Part shown: in pieces, positions 1 through 6,312 of the stretch
How the letters are laid out: each line of letters opens with the position of its first letter
How positions within the stretch are numbered: the stretch's first letter is position 1
Assembly (NCBI GenBank): GCA_051887955.1
Contig: JBJFAO010000156.1
Coordinates: forward strand, 1-45,644
Direction: 5' to 3'
DNA: 45,644 nt
Source: Christensenellales bacterium
Lineage (GTDB): Bacteria; Bacillota; Clostridia; Christensenellales; DTU072
Made by a program: the position numbers and the translations under genes
The notes under the pieces: generated by a model
Seen by the model: only the letters and a program-made list of their open reading frames with translations
The model's database searches: none
Told to the model about the DNA's origin: nothing

Positions 1-379
1 GTCCGATAGGGCTTTTATCGCTGATTTTGTTTTCGCGCGAATTTACTTCGAGAGTAGAAACTATCGTATATTCGGTTTCTTCGTTTTCCTCAACGTCCAG
101 CACTTTGACTATCGTGCCTATGGAAACGCTTTGAGTGGATATCGCGGTTTCGTCGATAACGATTGCCTGAGCTATGGTGTCCTTGAGACGGGCTATTTCT
201 GCGTCGTTGGCGTTCTGAGCGTCCTTTGCCGCCGAGTATTCCGCGTTTTCGCTTAAGTCGCCGAATTCTCTCGCCACCTTGATAGCGTCGGCGATTTCTT
301 TGCTTTTTTCGTTTTCGAGATAGGAAAGTTTGGCTACGAGTTCGTCGTATTTTGCCTTCGTTACGGTAATTCCTGCCAT
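1..379 (-). CDS. greA: Transcription elongation factor GreA (N-terminal ~126 codons; the gene runs off the left edge)
   Basis: Missing from the ORF track because there is no in-window stop. The reverse strand from the ATG at 379-377 reads MAGITVTKAKYDELVAKLSYLENEKSKEIADAIKVAREFGDLSENAEYSAAKDAQNANDAEIARLKDTIAQAIVIDE... This carries the GreA coiled-coil signature (GDLSENAEY..AAK..Q). GGAGG (391-387) lies 7 nt upstream of the ATG. Confidence 0.85.
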   Translation of the reverse strand, partial: MAGITVTKAKYDELVAKLSYLENEKSKEIADAIKVAREFGDLSENAEYSAAKDAQNANDAEIARLKDTIAQAIVIDETAISTQSVSIGTIVKVLDVEENEETEYTIVSTLEVNSRENKISDKSPIG

Positions 380-466
380 ATATTTGCCTCCGATGACGGG
401 CGATTTTGCCCGTATATAAAAATTTTTTCATTAAATCGGGTTATTTTTCCCGTTCAACGTTAAAAG

Positions 467-495
467 ATTATATAATATATAACTAAATATGTCAA
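467..495 (-). promoter_or_regulatory. Consensus sigma70/sigmaA-type promoter for greA
   Basis: The minus strand reads TTGACA (495-490), a 17-nt spacer, then TATAAT (472-467). It lies about 90 nt upstream of the greA ATG. Confidence 0.5.
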
Positions 496-531
496 ATACA
501 AAAACGGTTTTCGGCGAAACGAACCGTTTTT
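493..531 (-). terminator. Putative intrinsic terminator after the fhs-sirtuin operon
   Basis: The minus strand reads AAAAACGGTT-(12 nt loop)-AACCGTTTTT, followed by GTATTT. It sits about 35 nt after the sirtuin stop at 565. The stem is A/T-rich, so confidence is moderate. Confidence 0.4.
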
Positions 532-564
532 CGACGAAAAGGATACGTAAGTAAAAAATATCTT

Positions 565-1284
565 TCAGAAATCGAAAACTTCGGCGATATCGTCCCTTAT
601 TATAAGCTCCGCCATAGAATCCGCGCCGATGGGAGTCCGGTTTATGACGACGAGACGGCTGCCCCTGAAGGCGTAGGCAAACGACGCCGCCGGATAAACG
701 GAAAGGCTCGTGCCGCCTACGATGAGTAAATCCGCTTCCGCAATTACTCTTATCGACGCTTCGACTACGTCGTCGGGGAGAGCTTCTCCGTACAATACCA
801 CGTCCGGTTTTATGATTCCGCCGCATTCGTCGCAACGGGGAATGCCTTGCGAGGAATATACGTAATGTAAATCGAAATTTTTACCGCAGGAAAGACAGCG
901 GTTTCGGTGTGCGCTTCCGTGAAGCTCCAATACGTTTTTGCTTCCCGCCGCCTGATGCAGCCCGTCGATGTTCTGCGTGACGATAGCTTTTATTACGCCC
1001 TGTTTTTCCAATTCGGCAAGTTTTACGTGCGCCCTGTTCGGACGTGCGTCGGGGAAGAGCATTTTTTTCTTATAAAAGTCGTAAAATTCGGCGGTATGGG
1101 AATAGAAAAAATTTGCGCTCACTATTTCTTCGGGGGATAAAGCGCCGTTAAAATCCCGACTGAAAATACCGCCCGAGCTTCTGAAGTCGGGAATGCCGCT
1201 TGCCGTTGAGGTTCCCGCGCCTCCGAAGAAAACGGCGCGTTCGCTGTTTTTTAATAACGAAACGAGTTTTTCTTTCGCGTCCAT
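565..1284 (-). CDS. cobB: NAD-dependent protein deacylase, Sir2 family
   Basis: 239 aa. Sirtuin motifs are present: GAGTSTASGIPDFRS (Rossmann/NAD), TQNIDGLH, and the Zn-ribbon pairs CLSCG...CDECGG. Confidence 0.9.
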   Translation of the reverse strand: MDAKEKLVSLLKNSERAVFFGGAGTSTASGIPDFRSSGGIFSRDFNGALSPEEIVSANFFYSHTAEFYDFYKKKMLFPDARPNRAHVKLAELEKQGVIKAIVTQNIDGLHQAAGSKNVLELHGSAHRNRCLSCGKNFDLHYVYSSQGIPRCDECGGIIKPDVVLYGEALPDDVVEASIRVIAEADLLIVGGTSLSVYPAASFAYAFRGSRLVVINRTPIGADSMAELIIRDDIAEVFDF

Positions 1285-1285
1285 T

Positions 1286-2929
1286 TTACATCAGTCCGTC
1301 TATTACGCCGTCGTCGGATATTTTCATTTTCATGGCGCAAGGAACCTTGCTGAGACCGGGCATGAGGAGAATGCTTCCGCATTGAACGACCAAAAACTCC
1401 GCTCCGCTCCTTATATGAATTTCTTTAACGTCGAGATTAAATCCCTCGGGTGCGCCGAGGAGAGCCGGATCTCCGCTGAAAGAGTATTGCGTTTTCGCTA
1501 TGCAAACGGGAAAACCTGCCGTTCTCTCGTCCAAAGAAGCTATCACAGCCTCCGCTTTGTCGGAGTAAGTAACCGATTTCGCGCCGTAAACGCGATAAGC
1601 CACGGCTTCGATTTTTTCCTTTACGGTAAAGGAGTCGGGGTAGGCGGTGCGAAGCTCGGTTTTGTGTTCGCAGGCTAAAAGCACCTGTTTCGCAAGCTCG
1701 AGACAGCCCTCTCCTCCTTTTGAAAAGCCTTCGCTTACCGCGAAGGTCGCGCCCTCCGTTTGACAAAGATTTTTAAGTAACGCTATTTCTTCGTCTCCGT
1801 CGGCGGGGAAGCGGTTGAGAGCGACCACGACGTTTTGATTAAATACGTTTTTAAGGTTGCCGATATGCCGCTTTACGTTACCGAAACCTTTAATTATTGC
1901 CTCATTGTCGGGAAGAGAAATTTTGTCGGAGGGGACGCCGGCGTTGTATTTTATGCTGCGCAAGGTGACGACGAGGACGGTAGCGTCGGGAGACAAGCCG
2001 GTCTTTCTGCACTTTATGTCGAAGAATTTTTCCGCTCCCAATTCCGCGCCGAAGCCCGCTTCCGTTACTACGTAATCGGCAAGGCTCATTGCGACCTTCG
2101 TTGCGGCTACCGTATTGCAGCCGTGTGCAATGTTGGCGAAAGGACCGCCGTGGACTATTGCCGGAGTCCCTTCAAGCGTCTGAACGAGGTTGGGGGATAC
2201 GGCGTCCTTTAGCAATATCGCCATGCTCTCTTCGGCTCCGAGATCCTTTGCGTAAACGGCCTCTCCTTTTCCGTTGTATCCTATAAGGACGTTGCCCAAT
2301 CTGCGTTTGAGGTCGGACAGATTATCGGACAGACAGAGTATAGCCATAATTTCGCTTGCCGCCGTTATCGTAAAGCCGTCCTCCCTCGGCACGCCGTTTT
2401 TTTCGCCGAGCGCCACGTCGACTACCCGCAAAGCTCTGTCGTTGAGGTCGAGACAGCGTTTCCAGACAACTTTGCGTATATCCAGCTCGTTGCCCTGCAT
2501 TATGTGATTGTCTATCAGCGCGGAAAGAAGGTCGTTGGCGTAAGTTACCGCGTGAAAATCGCCGGTGAAATGGAGATTTATGTCTTCCATAGGAACGATT
2601 TGCGAATATCCTCCTCCGCATGCGCCGCCTTTTATTCCGAATACGGGACCGAGGGAGGGTTCTCGCAGAGCAAGACAGGTTTTTTTGCCCGAAAGGGATA
2701 GGGCGTCGGCAAGCCCTATGCTGACGGTTGTCTTTCCCTCGCCGAACGGCGTGGGGTTCATTGCCGTCACGAGTATCAGTTTTGCGTCGTTACGACGCGG
2801 TTTTATTTTGATTTTCGCTTTGAATTTTCCGTAGCAATCGTATTCGTTTTCGGAAAGACCGAGCTTTTCGGCGACGAATTTTATCGGACGGACGGGAGTT
2901 TCTCTGGCTATTTCTATATCGGTTTTCAC
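1286..2929 (-). CDS. fhs: Formate-tetrahydrofolate ligase (FTHFS)
   Basis: The sequence reads KTDIEIA...TPFGEGKTTVSIGL...LVQTLEGTPAIVHGGPFANIAHGCN..., typical of FTHFS. I place the start at the GTG at 2929. It is preceded by AAGGAGG plus a 5-nt spacer and gives the canonical (M)KTDIEIA N-terminus. The track ORF (to 3028) adds 33 unsupported residues. Confidence 0.93.
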   Translation of the reverse strand: MKTDIEIARETPVRPIKFVAEKLGLSENEYDCYGKFKAKIKIKPRRNDAKLILVTAMNPTPFGEGKTTVSIGLADALSLSGKKTCLALREPSLGPVFGIKGGACGGGYSQIVPMEDINLHFTGDFHAVTYANDLLSALIDNHIMQGNELDIRKVVWKRCLDLNDRALRVVDVALGEKNGVPREDGFTITAASEIMAILCLSDNLSDLKRRLGNVLIGYNGKGEAVYAKDLGAEESMAILLKDAVSPNLVQTLEGTPAIVHGGPFANIAHGCNTVAATKVAMSLADYVVTEAGFGAELGAEKFFDIKCRKTGLSPDATVLVVTLRSIKYNAGVPSDKISLPDNEAIIKGFGNVKRHIGNLKNVFNQNVVVALNRFPADGDEEIALLKNLCQTEGATFAVSEGFSKGGEGCLELAKQVLLACEHKTELRTAYPDSFTVKEKIEAVAYRVYGAKSVTYSDKAEAVIASLDERTAGFPVCIAKTQYSFSGDPALLGAPEGFNLDVKEIHIRSGAEFLVVQCGSILLMPGLSKVPCAMKMKISDDGVIDGLM

Positions 2930-2972
2930 GTTATCCTCCTTGACGCTCGTTTTTACGCGCGCCGACAGGTAT

Positions 2973-3001
2973 ATTTTATATAATTCCGACGAGAAAAGCA
3001 A
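2973..3001 (-). promoter_or_regulatory. Putative promoter for fhs
   Basis: The minus strand reads TTGCTT (3001-2996), a 17-nt spacer, then TAAAAT (2978-2973). It lies about 45 nt upstream of the GTG start. Confidence 0.4.
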
Positions 3002-3037
3002 CGGTTTTATAAAATTCCCGTAGGGCAAGGCGCGGAC

Positions 3038-4738
3038 TTATCGGACGAAGAGAAGATATCCGACGTTGACGAGGGCGCAAACGGCGTATGCTATCGCAAA
3101 TTGGCGGAAAAGACAGATAAAGAAATCCTTTTTTCCGAGTTCCTTTTTAAGGGTGGCAAGAGAGGCGGCGCAAGGGGGCGCGAACAATATAAACGTCGAA
3201 AATTGCATGGCGGTAAACGGAGTAAAAATTGAAGAAATATCTCCTCCTCCGACTACGGACAGCACCCCGATAACCGTTTCTTTCCCCGCAAAACCGGCAA
3301 TAAAAGCGGCAGTCGTTCTCCAATCGGCGAGCCCTATCGGCAGGAAAGCGAAACGTAAGATTCCGCACAGAACGGCGAGGATGCTGTCCGGAGGGGGACA
3401 GGAGCGTAGCGAAAAGTCGTAGTTAATGAGAAACCATACGGCGACTGAGGATACGAACACCACGGTGCACGCCCTGCCGAGAAAAGAGCGAAGCTTTCTG
3501 CCCGTCGCGCCTGCGACGGAGGGTAAATTCGGTTTTTGCAACGGAGGAAGCTCCATGACGAAGGGTACGGGCTCGGCGCTTTTCGTAAGATAGAGAGAAA
3601 TAAATACCGCTCCCGTTCCGACGAGATAAAACAGGGGGGCGAAAAGGTATCCTTTGTCGAAAGCGCATGAAACGAGCGCGGACAGCACGGGCAGTTTCGC
3701 GCTGCAGGGAATAAAATGAACGTTGGCAAGGCACTTTTTCCTCTCTTCGCCCTCGAGAGTCCTCGCGGACATAACGGCGGGCACGGTACATCCGCAACCG
3801 AGGATAAGGCTTACCGCCATTTTGCCCGATACGCCGGCAGAGGAGAATATTTTGTCGGTAATTACCGCCACGCGACTCAGATATCCGCAGTCCTCCAGAA
3901 CGGTCAGCATAAAAAACAGGCTTATCACGAGGGGGAGAAAGCCGAGGACTCCTCCTACGCCCGTCACAATTCCGTCCGCAAGAAGAGAGACGACGAAAGG
4001 CGCGAGCCTTCCTTCCGCGGACGTCTTTATAAAGCGCGAAAGCGCGGCGGTGCCGGCATTGACGTATTTTCCCAAAAACGCGCCGAAAAAGCCCGACGAA
4101 AGCAAAAGAACGCCGCTCATTATTATCAAAAAAATCGGGAAAGCAAGGAATTTATTGAATAAAATTTTGTCTATCGAATCGGAAATTTTTTGGCTGTTTC
4201 CCAAGTAAACGACGGATTTTTCAATGCTGTCGAACGCGGCGTATCTGGTCGAATAATCACCGTAAAAGAGCTTGTATCGGGAAGGATCGGATAGCTGTAT
4301 AAGAGAGGAAAAATCCTTTTCGTTTCTCTTAAGCTTTACGACGGGACAGCCGAGAACGGAGGAGAGCTTCTTTTCGTCGAAATTTTTTCCTCCGCCCTTT
4401 TTTCTGTCCGTCATATTGAGGACTACCGTCATAGGAATTTTTTTCGCGAGCAGCTGAGAGGTAAGGAGGAGCGAACGGGACAGGAAATTTGCGTCCACGA
4501 CGTTTATTATGTAATCCGCGCCGTCGTCGAGAAAGTTTTTCGAAACGTTTTCTTCATTTATCGAAGAATCGAGAGAATATATGCCGGGCAGGTCGTAGAG
4601 AAAGTCCTTTCCGAATTTTCCTTCCGTCGTTTCCACCGTTACTCCCGCTCGGTTTCCGACGGGGAGGTTGTTTCCCGTTATTCTGTTGAATAGCGTCGTT
4701 TTTCCGCAGTTTGGGTTCCCGACAAGAGCAATTTTCAT
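3038..4738 (-). CDS. feoB: Ferrous iron transporter FeoB
   Basis: 566 aa. It has an N-terminal G-domain (MKIALVGNPNCGKTTLFNRITG, DLPGIYSL, NMTD). A polytopic hydrophobic permease domain with Gly/Cys-rich gate motifs follows. Confidence 0.9.
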   Translation of the reverse strand: MKIALVGNPNCGKTTLFNRITGNNLPVGNRAGVTVETTEGKFGKDFLYDLPGIYSLDSSINEENVSKNFLDDGADYIINVVDANFLSRSLLLTSQLLAKKIPMTVVLNMTDRKKGGGKNFDEKKLSSVLGCPVVKLKRNEKDFSSLIQLSDPSRYKLFYGDYSTRYAAFDSIEKSVVYLGNSQKISDSIDKILFNKFLAFPIFLIIMSGVLLLSSGFFGAFLGKYVNAGTAALSRFIKTSAEGRLAPFVVSLLADGIVTGVGGVLGFLPLVISLFFMLTVLEDCGYLSRVAVITDKIFSSAGVSGKMAVSLILGCGCTVPAVMSARTLEGEERKKCLANVHFIPCSAKLPVLSALVSCAFDKGYLFAPLFYLVGTGAVFISLYLTKSAEPVPFVMELPPLQKPNLPSVAGATGRKLRSFLGRACTVVFVSSVAVWFLINYDFSLRSCPPPDSILAVLCGILRFAFLPIGLADWRTTAAFIAGFAGKETVIGVLSVVGGGDISSIFTPFTAMQFSTFILFAPPCAASLATLKKELGKKDFFICLFRQFAIAYAVCALVNVGYLLFVR

Positions 4739-4958
4739 AATCCACCCTCACCGCAAGCGACGAGAGATTTTCCTTTCTCACGGCGTAGCGTACGTTGCGC
4801 GCCGATATTATAAGGGGGTCGCCCGACGGGCTTACGGATTTAATATATATCCTGCAGCCCTCCGTTATGCCGAGATTGTTCAGTCTTGTGAAAAAATCCG
4901 AGGGGCGGTTTTTAAGTACCGTGAGCTCCGCGCCGACGGGAAACGTATTTTTTTTCAT
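4554..4958 (-). CDS. feoA: FeoA-family protein with an unusual C-terminal read-through into feoB
   Basis: MKKNTFPVGAELTVLKNRPSDFFTRLNNLGITEGCRIYIKSVSPSGDPLIISARNVRYAVRKENLSSLAVRV matches a FeoA SH3-like domain of ~72 aa. The frame has no stop near the feoB ATG and continues 61 more codons to 4554. I prefer the ATG at 4958 over the TTG at 4982. Confidence 0.6.
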   Translation of the reverse strand: MKKNTFPVGAELTVLKNRPSDFFTRLNNLGITEGCRIYIKSVSPSGDPLIISARNVRYAVRKENLSSLAVRVDYENCSCREPKLRKNDAIQQNNGKQPPRRKPSGSNGGNDGRKIRKGLSLRPARHIFSRFFDK

Positions 4959-5028
4959 TTTACATATATATGTCCGCGACAAAAATCGGTGACTTTCCCC
5001 CTCGTTCAGAGGACTATCGGGGGCACGC

Positions 5029-5039
5029 GATAATGATTC
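5029..5039. promoter_or_regulatory. Fur-box-like half site in the feoA/ttcA divergent intergenic region
   Basis: GATAATGATTC matches the first 9-10 nt of the classical GATAATGATAATCATTATC Fur box. The second half is poor. It lies 47-71 nt upstream of the feoA start candidates. Confidence 0.25.
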
Positions 5040-5100
5040 GGAACCGACTTCGGGTTAAATTTTATTGCAAAATAATCGTTTTGGGAGTATCATTACGATT

Positions 5101-5931
5101 ATGGAAAGAAGCAAAGAAATAGAAAGAAGCCTTATCACCGCGTACCGCGGAAAAATATACGCGAAATTTATCAAGGCGATAAAAGAATACGAGCTGATAA
5201 AGGACGGCGACAATATCGCCGTATGTATATCCGGCGGCAAAGACAGTATGATAATGGCAAAGTGCTTTCAGGAATTGAAAAGGCACGGCAAGGACAATTT
5301 CGACTTAAGATTTATCGTTATGGATCCGGGATATAACGAAGTAAATCTGCAAAAAATAATCAAAAACGCCGAAATAATGGATATTCCGATAGAAATATTC
5401 CGTTCCGATATTTTCGACGTGGCGTATTCCTGCGACGAAGGGAGTCCGTGCTATCTCTGCGCGAGAATGCGCAGGGGGTATCTGTATGCGAAAGCCAAAG
5501 AAGTGGGCTGCAACAAAATCGCCCTCGGACATCACTTCGACGACGTGATAGAAACCATACTTATGGGTATTTTTTACAACGGGCAGTATCAGTCGATGAT
5601 GCCGAAGCTGAAGAGCAGGAATTTTCCGGGGATGGAGCTTATACGCCCCATGTATAAGGTCGAGGAAAAGGATATAATCAATTTTGCGAAAGCGAACGAC
5701 CTCGATTTTTTGCGTTGCGCCTGTCGTTTTACCGAACGTTGCGCTACGGAAGAGGACGAAACGGCGAGCAAAAGAAAGGAAATGAAGCTTTTGGTGCGCA
5801 AGCTGAAAGAAACCAATCCGAACGTCGCGTTGAGCATTTTCAAGAGCTCGTACAATATAAATCTCGCCACCGTTTTAGGCTACAAAAAAGACGGAAAACG
5901 CTACTTTTTTACCGACGATTACGACGAATAA
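5101..5931 (+). CDS. ttcA: PP-loop ATPase, TtcA family (tRNA 2-thiocytidine synthesis-like)
   Basis: It has the PP-loop SGGKDS, a central CYLCARMRRG motif (C-x-x-C Fe-S ligands), GHHFDD, and a C-terminal CAC cluster. I prefer the ATG at 5101 (MERSKEIE...) over the TTG at 5065. Confidence 0.8.
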   Translation: MERSKEIERSLITAYRGKIYAKFIKAIKEYELIKDGDNIAVCISGGKDSMIMAKCFQELKRHGKDNFDLRFIVMDPGYNEVNLQKIIKNAEIMDIPIEIFRSDIFDVAYSCDEGSPCYLCARMRRGYLYAKAKEVGCNKIALGHHFDDVIETILMGIFYNGQYQSMMPKLKSRNFPGMELIRPMYKVEEKDIINFAKANDLDFLRCACRFTERCATEEDETASKRKEMKLLVRKLKETNPNVALSIFKSSYNINLATVLGYKKDGKRYFFTDDYDE

Positions 5932-5965
5932 AAAAAGGAAATTTTTTACAAAAACAGAAAAAATC

Positions 5966-5991
5966 AATCCGCGTATTTTTGCGGATTTTTT
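5966..5991 (+). terminator. Intrinsic terminator after ttcA
   Basis: AATCCGC (5966-5972), an 8-nt loop, GCGGATT (5981-5987), then a T-run to 5991. Confidence 0.6.
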
Positions 5992-6108
5992 AATATTTTT
6001 GCGACTTTACGTCGACGGAAGAGAGAAGAAAGAGCCCGCGAGGAAGAGACTTCGTTCCGTTCGTGTTGCGCCCGTAGTATTATATATAATATAAATTCAA
6101 CGCGCCTA

Positions 6109-6137
6109 TTGACACGCTTTGATTTATGGGTTATAAT
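6109..6137 (+). promoter_or_regulatory. Perfect-consensus promoter for the giant gene
   Basis: TTGACA (6109-6114), a 17-nt spacer, TATAAT (6132-6137). An A/T-rich tract (6078-6100) lies upstream. The predicted leader is ~58 nt, with GGAG at 6189-6192, 9 nt before the ATG. Confidence 0.6.
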
Positions 6138-6201
6138 GTGATTGCGTAAAAAAGGGTGAAGTGCGCCCTTTTGAAGAAAACCGAAAACGGAGAAGCGAAT
6201 A

Positions 6202-6312
6202 ATGACACCAAAAAACAAAAAAACGACGCACGGCATTTTCGGAGGCTCACGCCTTCGTTGCTTGCTGATGCTTCTGATGATTATCGCGCTGGTATTCAGC
6301 ATAGCGGCGTGT
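6202..6312 (+). other. Lipoprotein (SPase II) signal peptide with lipobox
   Basis: The N-terminus is MTPKNKKTTHGIFGGSRLR (basic n-region), CLLMLLMIIALVFS (h-region) and the lipobox I-A-A-C, with Cys37 at 6310-6312. A Gly-rich linker, SERTEGGENGGGG, follows. Confidence 0.7.

Noticed and set aside
90-835. Arg-rich minus-strand ORFs at 90-431 (113 aa) and 431-835 (134 aa).
   Set aside because: They are wrong-frame overlaps of greA (real frame from ATG 379) and of the sirtuin gene. The extreme Arg/Ser/Gly composition is typical of off-frame translation.
2930-3028. A 33-aa N-terminal extension of fhs (the 580-aa ORF in the track, starting MPYGNFIKPLL...).
   Set aside because: A GTG at 2929 with AAGGAGG 5 nt upstream gives the canonical FTHFS N-terminus (M)KTDIEIA. 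The extension would cover the predicted promoter and has no SD.
1193-5535. Assorted 60-160 aa ORFs opposite to, or out of frame with, fhs, feoB, feoA and ttcA (for example 1193-1678, 1835-2212, 3066-3422, 3716-4208, 4668-5033, 5305-5535). Similar ones lie opposite yyaL and the aminotransferase (43630-44319, 44896-45423, 42142-42627).
   Set aside because: All are fully embedded in strongly supported genes. They have biased Arg/Ser/Pro-rich or hydrophobic off-frame composition and lack start signals.
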